Origin: Octopus sinensis
Lineage: Eukaryota
Assembly (NCBI RefSeq): GCF_006345805.1
Contig: NW_021832325.1
Coordinates: 1 to 29,538 of the forward strand
Reading direction: 5' to 3'
Length of the DNA: 29,538 bases
Shown: piece by piece, positions 20,513 to 29,538 of the stretch
Numbering within the stretch: position 1 is the first letter of the stretch
Layout of the letters: each line of letters starts with the position of its first letter
Notes under the pieces: generated by a model
The model's database searches: none
What the model saw: only the letters and a program-made list of their open reading frames with translations
What the model was told of the DNA's origin: nothing
Made by a program: the position numbers and the translations under genes

Positions 20513-20897
20513 TGCTGCTGTTGCTGTCGTGCGAAGCGGTCTTCGTCCCAGAGTGGAAGAAGTCCGAAACGTGGTCCTTTGCTATTCGTAAGACCCGCAG
20601 AAGAGAAAGCAGGTCAACCCCCGACACCGAGAGCATCGACGGATGGATGAATGAATGCGCATCCAGGCTCGGCGGTTGCGTAGGAAGTCGGGGACAAGAA
20701 ACAGGAATAAAGAGTGAGAGAAAGTTGGAACGAAAGAGTACAACAGGGGTCGCTACCCACCCCCTCTGCCGGAGCCTCGTGGAGCTTTAGGTGTTTTTGC
20801 TCAATAAACACACACACAACGCCCGGTCTGGGAATCGAAACCGCGATCCTCCGACCGCGAGTCCGCTGCCCTAACCATTGGGCTATTGCGCCTCCAA
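20513..20897 (-). mobile_element. SINE with family B head and body but a different 3' tail ending in (GCA)n
   Basis: 11-bp TSD TATTTATCTCC (20502-20512 and 20898-20908); diverges from family B after TTCCTGTTTCT (~20697). Confidence 0.88.
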
Positions 20898-21040
20898 TAT
20901 TTATCTCCATCCAGTTAACCAATGAAAAAAAGATAACAAACAGAATTACGGTTTTGATATGTTGTAGATGCGTTCTCTCTCTCTCTCTCTCTCTCTTCTA
21001 GCACGACTATAATAGCCTCGGTTTCACTTTACGAATTAGT

Positions 21041-21426
21041 GGTGGAAGCACTCCGTCGGTTACGACGATGAGGGTTCCGGTTGATCCGATCAACGGAGCA
21101 GCCTGCTCGTGAAATTAACGTGTAAGTGGCTGAGCACTCCACAGACACGTGTACCCTTAACGTAGTTCTCGGGGATATTCAGCGTGACACAGAGAATGAC
21201 AAGGCCGGCCCTTTGAAATACAGGTACAACAGAAACAGGAAGTAAGAGTGAGAGAAAGTTGTGGTGAAAGAGTACAGGAGGGATCACCACCATCCCCTGC
21301 CGGAGCCTCGTGGAGCTTTAGGTATTTTCGCTCAATAAACACTCACAACGCCCGGTCTGGGAATCGAAACCGCGATCCTATGACCGCGAGTCCGCTGCCC
21401 TGACCACTGGGCCATTGCGCCTCCAC
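21041..21426 (-). mobile_element. SINE family B, full length
   Basis: 12-bp TSD TTACGAATTAGT (21029-21040 and 21427-21438). Confidence 0.93.
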
Positions 21427-21575
21427 TTACGAATTAGTATTCCATCACTAACAGATACAACCCAGTCTTTGGTCCATAAGTGTTTTGTCTTCTATCCCTG
21501 TCTCTTCTATCGCGACTCTTTCATAGCCTCTGTTCCTCGAAAATAATATTTCTGTAACTTCGAAACTCCACTTAC

Positions 21576-21685
21576 CATATCAGACTGTTGTAAGGCAGAG
21601 CTAATGGAATATTGGTCTACAAATTCTTGAAGTGGTTCACTTTCTGGCATGGAACATTCACTGTTTACCAAAATGTTTACTGAAA
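21576..21685 (-). CDS. Exon, 110 nt, ends phase 0: SVNILVNSECSMPESEPLQEFVDQYSISSALQQSDM (possible start Met at 21650)
   Basis: Acceptor TTTTTTTTCAG, canonical donor G|GTAAGT, open frame compatible with the 19263 exon. Confidence 0.65.
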
Positions 21686-21937
21686 CTGAAAAAAAACAGA
21701 TTTGATAAATCGTAAAACCTGATTTTAAAAAGTAATTAATAACTGATCGTAAAGAAAATCAAATGCGAAAACAAAAAAAAACTGATAAAAACAATTTCAG
21801 AGGATAGACTTTTATTCTTTTATTATTTTACTTGTTTTGAAGATTTGGTCCATATAAATGACCCGAGATAATTAAATATCCCATATAGAAACTAAACTAT
21901 TCCTGAAAGAAATGGTCCCTAAAAATTATATGTTGAA

Positions 21938-22109
21938 CAGTAGCGTAGCTGGCGAGGTGGGGCAATGGGGAGACCAGCCCCAGACAACGTTTTTATGAGG
22001 GCCGCACTTTGGGGTTTTGGGGGGTTTTGCCTGTACACGCTTGGGGGCTCGGGAAAGGCAGCAAACCAAAATGCTGTATCGGGTGGCACACACTCTAGCT
22101 AAGCCACTG
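21938..22109. mobile_element. hAT-like MITE (degenerate)
   Basis: Termini CAGTAGCGTAGCT and AGCTAAGCCACTG are imperfect inverted repeats of the CAGTGGCGTAGC type; GC-rich body; 8-bp TSD not recognisable. Confidence 0.55.
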
Positions 22110-22725
22110 GGGTGAAGTTGTTGAGTAGATTAAAGAAAATTGGGTCTCAAAGTGGTCAGTTGAATCTTAAGAAATAGCAACCAAATCTCTCTCAAATGAC
22201 GCCCTAACGTCTTCAAGAGCAGCACGTTGGATTACTTGTTTCTGTGGCCCCTGTACAGGGGAAGACAATATGATCATGGCGGAATGATTTTTATCAAAAG
22301 CTTGTTTCTTTAGGACTAACCAGGGGATTAAACAACAGCTGCAAAAAACGAGGGAACTTCTCTGTAGTCGTCCAACCTGATGAATAAAATGATACTCTAC
22401 GGTCTTCAAAAACGAAAACGCATTTAGATAATCTAGTCCAATATATTTCTGAATAAACAAATGTAACATATTTGACCCTAGGTCTGCTTGATCTAGTTTG
22501 ATCTATATCAGACATGAGCAAGCACTTTCGAAAAGAAGGCTGCATGAGACATGACACATCAACAAGCGGGCCGCACTACAAAAAACATTCAAGGTATTTT
22601 AGCTTAGGTGTGCCTTCAGAAAGTCCTGCGAGTCGCAATTTGACCGTGACCTGAGATGGACATAAGCATGATAATCACTATCCTATCGTTGTTTGTATCT
22701 AGATCAATCTGTTGTGACGCAGAAT

Positions 22726-22844
22726 TGTCACGTGACAGATATTTTGTTTTACTCCACTCGCTATTGAATGTCATATAAGTTTCCCTGAGTCTAACCTATT
22801 TAATTCAAAGAAGTTCGAAGCCACAAATTTCATGTCGCGTGACA
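22726..22844. promoter_or_regulatory. Candidate regulatory region with palindromic E-box/CLEAR-type motif TGTCACGTGACA and a variant TGTCGCGTGACA
   Basis: Motifs at 22726-22737 and 22833-22844 in non-repeat, CpG-richer DNA near a strong minus-strand donor (GAG|GTAATT at 22927). Confidence 0.35.
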
Positions 22845-23075
22845 ATAATTCTGAATAATTCCGTGCAACAACAATTCACCTCCTCCGTGATATCGATTGA
22901 CCGTCTGATAACATGTATTCAATTACCTCCAGTCTGTATCTATGCAGCGAAAGAGGGGACAGCCGTGGTGTTTTTTTGTTGTTTTTTTTTCTAATAAGCT
23001 AGGGAAAAACGTGATGAAAAATTGATAGCTGATTTCTTACACATCTGCATATTAACCTAACTCGTGTGTGCAGAA

Positions 23076-23084
<9 letters not shown>

Positions 23085-23110
<26 letters not shown>

Positions 23111-23121
23111 TACATAGATAC

Positions 23122-23194
<73 letters not shown>

Positions 23195-23360
23195 TATATA
23201 TATGTATGTATGCATGTATGTATGTGTTTGTATGCATGTATGTGTTTGTGTGTGTATGTATGTATGTAGGTATTATGTACGTATGTATGTATGTATGTAT
23301 GTATGTATGTATGTATGTATGTATGTATGTTGTATGTATGTATGTATGTATGTATGTGTG
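23085..23360. repeat. (GACA)n/(GATA)n/(ATGT)n compound microsatellite
   Basis: Directly visible. Confidence 0.95.
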
Positions 23361-23561
23361 GGGAGAATTCACGAAAAAAACAAAAGACGAAGACAAGTAG
23401 CGTACAAAACAAACAGATGGATTAGTATAACGCTCAGGAATTGAAAAGACTTTTACGTTTCGAGCCTACGCTCTTCTACAGAAAGGAGCACAGAAAGAAA
23501 CAAGGAGAGAAAAAAAAATGTGTGTAGTGGCTACCGATCTATCATGGCGTATGTATATATA

Positions 23562-23593
<32 letters not shown>

Positions 23594-23691
23594 TATTATA
23601 TATATTATATAATACATATAAAAATATATTGTATATATGCACAGAAGGCAATGAGCACAAAAAAGTAGACAACAGGAGGGATAATTATGTG
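23361..23691 (-). mobile_element. Second copy of the ~300-bp Penelope-like repeat (hammerhead-like motif 23450-23485)
   Basis: Homologous to 16617-16913; motif CTTT-CTGTAGA-A-GAGC(GTAG)GCTC-GAA-ACGT-A-AAAG. Confidence 0.65.
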
Positions 23692-23871
23692 TATGTATGT
23701 ATTTATGTATGTATGCTATTATGTATGTATGTATGTATGTATGTATGTATGTATGATATGTATGTATGTATGTATGTATGTTGTATGTATGTAGTATGTA
23801 CTATGTATGTATGTATGTAGTATGTATGTATGAATATATGTATTATGTATGTATGTATGTATGTTGTATGA

Positions 23872-23902
<31 letters not shown>

Positions 23903-24062
23903 TGTATGAATGTATATTATGATGTATGTAGGTATGTATGATGTATGTATGTATGTATGTATGTAAGTATGTAGTATTTATGTTGTATGTATGTAATGTA
24001 TGTATGTATTATGTATGTATTATTATGTATGTATTTATGTATGTATGTATGTATGTATGTAT
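23692..24062. repeat. Degenerate (ATGT)n satellite
   Basis: Directly visible. Confidence 0.95.
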
Positions 24063-24084
24063 GCAGTTAACTATGGATTATAGT

Positions 24085-24330
24085 TTCTCTACTTGCAAAG
24101 ACTGTTGAAGAGAATGCGTGTCAGGAAGCGACCTGGAGCGACATATGAAAATTCACCATAACAATATTGTAATACTTACGGCAAAGGGCGCCCGCCCATC
24201 GTTGCCACATCTGTACAAAACAGTGTAAAGTCCCCTGTAGGGTTGAAAAGCCACATCGGTGCTTTTCGTGTTTAAGAAAACTATCGAGCGAATGCGTTAA
24301 TCGAAATCGAGTGGGAGCCGTCATGTGTGT
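24085..24330 (+). mobile_element. Probable 3' end of an RTE-type LINE with two decayed C2H2 fingers
   Basis: CKDC*RECVSGSDLERHMKIH and CHICTKQCK..(frameshift)VGLKSHI, followed by a short TG tail. Confidence 0.55.
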
Positions 24331-24399
24331 GCGTGTTCACTTTATTTTAACTGATCCCGTGCTCAAAGACCTAGATCAAACGACACATTTAAGTCTGCA

Positions 24400-24700
24400 G
24401 TGAAAAAGGAAGGTGATGGTATATAGCACAGCACTCAGGCACGAAGGAAAAGATCAGAAAGCAGTAACCAATTGTACTGTGTACGGAGACCTGGTGAAAG
24501 AAACGAATAGGATGAGGACAATGGAAGCCGATATAATACTAGCGATGGTTATAGGATCTCTGGAACTCACAGAGAGAAAGGAACGAAAAAGCTCACTAAC
24601 CGCCTAGACAACGTCAATATCTGTGAAGTCTAGAAGATCGTCTGACCCAGAACAGACCACAGACTCATGGAGTATGTTGTACATCAAGTGACATATTCCT
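24400..24700 (+). mobile_element. Probable decayed R4/R2-superfamily LINE C-terminal (REL endonuclease) fragment
   Basis: YGDLVKETNRMRTMEADIILAMVIGSL resembles the KY.DL..E..R.W....V.IP.VIGALG motif; highly diverged. Confidence 0.4.
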
Positions 24701-24742
24701 TAGCCTTACATTTGAACACGTATTTGAACACACTTACATAGA

Positions 24743-25489
24743 CAGTAATTCCTCGACTATCGCGGGCGTTACGTTCCAAAGAACCCCACCACCACCGCGA
24801 TAGGTGGAAATCCGCGAAGTAGAAACAGTACTGTATTGTATTTTTTTAATTATTTTTCTAACTTGTATATATTTATCTCTCTATATATAAAGCTGAAGTT
24901 GTCTGTGTGTGGTAGGTTTAGTAGCCTTCAACTAGCACTATCTCCTCCGAGACCCTGCGGCGCAAGTTGACCAAATTTGAGAGAATGATAGAAGAAGGCT
25001 TGCTCTTCATTCCGTTGAAGAAAAAATTCAAATCGGACCATGTTAACACCAAAATTTATTTACATCATCAAAAAGGTGCTTTTTTTTCTATGAAAATCCC
25101 TACTTTTTACGATTTTTTGACTGCTGTGACGCCATTTTTCGGTGTATTTCGACCAGAAAAATGTTCACTTAAAGAGAATAACAAGCTACATAATGCAAAA
25201 TTTTTACTTTTCGATAATTCTAATTCTAAAGGGTCGAAACAAACCCGAGCAACGCCGGGCGATACTGCTAGTTTTATTATAAATGCAAAACAAACCACAA
25301 AGGAATCGGCGTAAGCTTAAATAATAAACCGCGATATGTGAGCCGCGATAGGTGAACCGCGATATGTGAGCCGCGATATGTGAGCCGCGATAGTGAACCG
25401 CGATATGTGAGTCGCGATAGTGAACCGTGATATGTGAGCCGCGATAGTGAACTGCGACAGGTGAACCGCGATGTGGCGAGGGATTACTG
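24743..25489. mobile_element. Tigger/pogo-like MITE containing a nested Helitron
   Basis: TIRs CAGTAATTCCTCGACTATCGCGG and CCGCGATGTGGCGAGGGATTACTG, right TA; CCGCGATA subterminal repeats at 25328-25470. Confidence 0.85.
24876..25271 (+). mobile_element. Non-autonomous Helitron
   Basis: A|TC...CCCGAGCAACGCCGGGCGATACTGCTAG|T. Confidence 0.88.
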
Positions 25490-25644
25490 TACACGGTCAT
25501 ATACCCAGTCATGCAGACACCTTAGGATTTATTTACTAACCCTGTTAACCCCCATTTATCCGTAATCTAAAATGTGCTAACAATTCTTTAGACGATTTCC
25601 CTTCACACTAAATTAACAATATTAACTATATCCATTTATCTCTT

Positions 25645-25920
25645 TTTTTTTGTATTTGGTTTGCAAGATTCTTTATATGAGTTCGTGTGTTGAAGCATAT
25701 TCTGTTGTGTCTGGGGAGAGTCATTTTCTTTTTGTGCCTTATAATGTAACACACTCACCGGTAAAATTTCCACTTATTTCTTCTTTAGTCAAGACTATTG
25801 AAAAGGTTGCAAGACGCAACGAAAATTTTAGGAAAATAAAAATAAGAAATAAGTGGAAATTTTACCAGTGAGTGTGTTACATTATAAGGCACAAAAAGAG
25901 AATGACTCTCCCAGATACAA

Positions 25921-25984
<64 letters not shown>

Positions 25985-26142
25985 CGTTTTTGGTTTTGGT
26001 CAAGAGAGTCAAAACTATTGAAAAGGTTGCAAGACGCAACGAAAATTTTAGGAAAATAAAAATAAGAAATAAGTGGAAATTTTACCGGTGAGTGTGTTAC
26101 ATTACAAGGCACAAAAAGAAAATGACTCTCCCCAGACACAAC
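25645..26142 (-). mobile_element. Retroposed element with poly(A) end, TSD and inverted/duplicated 5' part
   Basis: TSD ATTTATCTCTT (25634-25644 and 26143-26153), T9 run at the left end; 25704-25782 inverted relative to 25844-25921; 25788-25921 directly repeated at 26008-26142. Confidence 0.7.
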
Positions 26143-26244
26143 ATTTATCTCTTCTTTCCCCTAAACTAATAAATTTAAGGGTTGTATTTATCTCCATCAA
26201 GTTAACCAGTGAAAGGTAAAAGAAAAACAAAAACAATGACTAAC

Positions 26245-26282
26245 TTTTAGTGTGTAGTTTTCTCTTGGTAGACTTTTTCTTC
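26245..26282 (-). CDS. Candidate upstream exon, 38 nt, phase 2-1: KKKSTKRKLHTK
   Basis: Strong acceptor TTTCCTTTATTCGTTGCAG and donor GTTAGT; phase fits the 21685 exon; short, so could be chance. Confidence 0.3.
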
Positions 26283-26362
26283 CTGCAACGAATAAAGGAA
26301 ATAAGATAAAGGTTATCGATTAATCCAATCTATACTGTTGTTTTCTATTTAGATTTGGTTAG

Positions 26363-26782
26363 TATGGTGTAGGAGTGACTGTGTGGTAAGTAGCTTGCTT
26401 ACCAACCACATGGTTCCGGGTTCAGTCCCACTGCGTGGCACCTTGGGCAAGTGTCTTCTACTATAGCCTCAGGCCGACCAAAGCCTTGTGAGTAGATTTG
26501 GTAGACGGAAACTGAAAGAAGCCCGTCGTATATATGTATGTGTGTGTGTGTGTGGTGTGTGTGTGGTGTGTGTGTGTGTGTGTGTGTGTGTGTGCCTGTG
26601 TTTGTCCTCCCAACATCGCTTGACGACCGACGCTGGTGTTTACGTCCCCGTAACTTAGCGATTCGGCAAGAGAGACCGATAGAATAAGTACTAGGCTTAC
26701 AAAGAATAAGTCCTGGGAGTCGATTTGCTCGACTAAAGGCGGTGCTCCAGCATGGCCACAGTCAAATGACTGAAACAAATAA
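26363..26782 (+). mobile_element. SINE family A, full length
   Basis: A and B boxes, CACCTTGGGCAAGTG CORE-like motif, central (TG)n, standard tail. Confidence 0.92.
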
Positions 26783-26969
26783 GGTCATGTGCTGTTTATC
26801 TTGATATGAGATCACCATGTCGTGCACACATGGCTGTGATGCTTGTGCCTGGTGTACACTTATCAGACGAGTAGTCATGATGGGTATACTGGGCTTCGTA
26901 TATTTTACCCAAGTGTCACTGATGGCATGGACTGCTCTCCCACCCAATAATGATAATAATAATAATAAC

Positions 26970-27018
<49 letters not shown>

Positions 27019-27062
27019 TAATAATAACAACAACAACAACAACAACAACAACAATAATAATG

Positions 27063-27110
<48 letters not shown>

Positions 27111-27128
27111 TAATGACGATGATGATGA
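26783..27128 (+). repeat. Probable non-LTR 3' end (26783-26945) followed by an (AAT)n/(AAC)n tail
   Basis: Non-coding block running directly into a long (AAT)n tract; element class is inference. Confidence 0.45.
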
Positions 27129-27240
27129 TGGTCGCTTCGCGGATTTCAAATTTCTTAATATCTCTGTAGTAGGGAGTCTATGTTTCTGCACCATACAAAA
27201 GTGTGTTCAGAATACAAGATGTGTATACACTTATTTTAGT

Positions 27241-27623
27241 GGAGGCGCAATGGCCCAGTGGTTAGGGCAGCGGACTCGCGGTCGTAGGATCGCGGTTTCG
27301 ATTCCCAGACCGGGCGTTGTGAGTGTTTATTCAGCGAAAACACCTAAAGCTCCACGAGGCTCCGGCAGGGATGGTGGTGATCCCTGCTGTACTCTTTCAC
27401 CACAACTTTCTCTCACTCTTACTTCCTGTTTCTGTTGTACCTGTATTTCAAAGGGCCGGCCTTGTCACTCTCTGTCTCACGCTGAATATCCCCGAGAACT
27501 GCGTTAAGGGTGCACGTGTCTGTGGAGTGCTCAGCCACTTACACGTTAATTTCACGAGCAGGCTGTTCCGTTGATTCGGATCAACCGGAACCCTCGTCGT
27601 CGTAACCGACGGAGTGCTTCCAC
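27241..27623 (+). mobile_element. SINE family B, full length
   Basis: 14-bp TSD ACACTTATTTTAGT (27227-27240 and 27624-27637). Confidence 0.93.
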
Positions 27624-27763
27624 ACACTTATTTTAGTTTTCAGACTGACACAGTGTTCATCCTACAAACGATAGGAAGTTTTCAAAGCATCTGTAGCCCT
27701 AGATATTCTAACATTGATTTCATCATCAAAAGAACTCTTAAAGTTTATTGTACTTATAAGATA

Positions 27764-28111
27764 CAGTGATCCCTCGTTTATCGCGGTAGATTGGTTCCGA
27801 GACCGGCCGCGATAACTGAATTTCCGCGAACTAGGGACACCATATTTACAGTATTGATTTAACGTGTATTTAAACTTTTAAAACCCTCCCCGTACTGTTG
27901 CACCAATCACAGACCGTCTTAAGTTCAAATACCCCTGTATATGCTTTTTTGCTATTTTAAGCTTGTTTTATTGCTCCTAGACTAAGAAATAATATTTATT
28001 ATTAATATTTTAATGGATTCACTGGAAAATTTTAGGTGTTCATATATATATATTAATCCGCGAAGTCGTGAATCCGCGATAGTTGAACCGCGAAGTAGCG
28101 AGGGATCACTG
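27764..28111. mobile_element. Tigger/pogo-like MITE
   Basis: TA|CAGTGATCCCTCGTTTATCGCGG ... CCGCGAAGTAGCGAGGGATCACTG|TA. Confidence 0.9.
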
Positions 28112-28283
28112 TATTTAGATGACCTGACCCATTCGTGTGGTTTGTTGTCTATCATCACATTTGAATCTTGACAATGTTCTGCCCCATGCCTTTTAATAGC
28201 AGTACTTGTCTCTTCCAAGGAAGGATCTTCCACAAGTTCCTCAATTACAGGCCACGAAAGGATTTCATAGACTACTTCAGAAT

Positions 28284-28688
28284 CTCTTTACTCTTTTACT
28301 CTTTTACTCTTTTACTTGTTTCAGTCATTTGACTGCGGCCATGCTGGAGCACCACCTTTAGTCGAGCAACTCGACCCGGGACTTATTCTTTGCAAGCCCA
28401 GTACTTATTCTATCGATCTCTTTTGCCGAACCGCTAAGTGACGGGGACATAAACACACCAGCATCGGTTGTCAAGCAATACTAGGGGGACAAACACAGAC
28501 ACACAGACACGTATATATATACATATATACGACGGGCTTCTTTCAGTTTTCGTCTACCAAATCCACACACAAGGCTTTGGTCGGTCCGAGGCTATAGTAG
28601 AAGACACTTGCCCAAGGTGCCACGCAGTGGGACTGAACCCGAAACCATGTGGTTGGTAATCAAGCTACTTACCACACAGCCACTCCTT
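28284..28688 (-). mobile_element. SINE family A, near full length
   Basis: Same body as 7842-8245; (AAGAGTA)n tail. Confidence 0.92.
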
Positions 28689-28922
28689 ATAGATTTAAAG
28701 TGTTCGGCCAATCTTTTCAGAATTTCATCTTTACTACTTAAGAGTTTTGTCCTGTCGTTAGAAAGAATAGGTTCTGTACAACCCTTTTGGGGACCAAATA
28801 CCTTTCAGATTGTCATACAATGCTCTCGAGTTGTGCGAGCTAGCAGCCTATTCCAGTTCTTGGTCTTTTTTTTGTTTTTTGTTTTGGCCACTAACAGTTT
28901 TTCATCTCACGTAGTTTTTTCT

Positions 28923-29069
28923 ACTCTTTACTCTTTTACTCTTTTACTTGTTTCAGTCATTTGACTGCGGCCATGCTGGAGCACCGCCTTTAGTCTCTTT
29001 TGCCGAACCGCTAAGTGACGGCGACGTAAACACACCAGCATCGGTTGTCAAGCAATGCTAGGGGGACAA

Positions 29070-29112
<43 letters not shown>

Positions 29113-29279
29113 TACGACAGGCTTCTTTCAGTTTCCGTCTACCAAATCCACTCACAAGGCATTGGTCGGCCCGAGGCTATAGCAGAAGACACTTGCCCAA
29201 GATGCCACGCAGTGGGACTGAACCCGGAACCATGTGGTTGGTTAGCAAGCTACTTACCACACAGCCACTCCTGCGCCTA
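28923..29279 (-). mobile_element. SINE family A with internal deletion
   Basis: Approximate TSD GTAGTTTT(TT)CT at 28911-28922 and 29281-29290. Confidence 0.9.
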
Positions 29280-29497
29280 TGTAGTTTTCTTAGAGATGTA
29301 AAGGGATCTGAGTGTTTGTGGGGTTTTGTCTGAGATCCTTGCTTTATGTCGCTCGTACATAGTTTCTTGGAGAGGTTTAATTTGAGAATCATTCTCATCG
29401 AACCAAACTTGGTGCTTGCGTTTGATGAATCCTAGAGATTCTTCAGCAGATGATTGGATGCTGTCATGAATAGTGTGCCACAAAACTTCAGGTTCAT

Positions 29498-29532
<35 letters not shown>

Positions 29533-29538
29533 ATATAA

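Larger units (their letters stand above)
27128..29490 (-). mobile_element. Decayed RTE-clade LINE ORF2 remnants, interrupted by four younger insertions
   Basis: Minus-strand peptides in RTE order: SLGFIKRKHQVWFDENDSQI (29277-29483), VFGPQKG..LLSSKDEILKRLAEHFKS (~28690-28810), EELVEDPSLEETSTAIK (~28190-28260), VSLKTKISVYTSCILNTLLYGAET*TPY (27130-27660 after removing the SINE). Confidence 0.88.

Noticed and set aside
21832-21902. Exon candidate upstream of 21685
   Set aside because: Stops in all three frames (in-frame TAA in the phase-compatible one).
22167-22557. Two overlapping minus-strand ORFs (100 and 87 aa)
   Set aside because: No phase-consistent splicing to the gene; the 3' part resembles the repeat-like block at ~1265-1310.
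27241-27325. tRNA gene
   Set aside because: tRNA-like head of a SINE: continuous with a 380-bp body, TSD-flanked, several copies, no acceptor stem.

Overview
Repeat-saturated, AT-rich animal genomic DNA, most likely Octopus or a related coleoid cephalopod (inferred from the tRNA-derived SINE families and the extreme microsatellite density). Most ORFs in the supplied track are artefacts of simple repeats. One real protein-coding gene can be assembled on the minus strand from phase-compatible GT-AG exons: 21576-21685, 19183-19263, 13341-13417, 13230-13292, 9524-9646 and terminal exon 3507-4719. Possible extra exons lie at 19844-19925 and 26245-26282. The product is an unrecognised protein of at least ~540 aa with a basic tract, an acidic tract, a short ordered-looking core (YPLFFYQCARDR...ILRKYCIIKPSRLTFYERIF) and a 136-codon Asp-rich tract. 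The introns hold three SINE families (several copies with clean TSDs), decayed R4/Dong-like and RTE LINEs, a mariner remnant, Tigger-like and hAT-like MITEs, two non-autonomous Helitrons and a TIR element with a 19-bp internal array. The most interesting signals are four minimal, Penelope-type hammerhead-ribozyme-like motifs. They form two families of two copies each, all lie on the gene's sense strand, and all have variant catalytic cores (A3-U8 swap; A6U). Also notable are a ~100-bp-arm template-switch hairpin built from a SINE head and a 48-nt intron. All calls were made by eye; no database searches were run.
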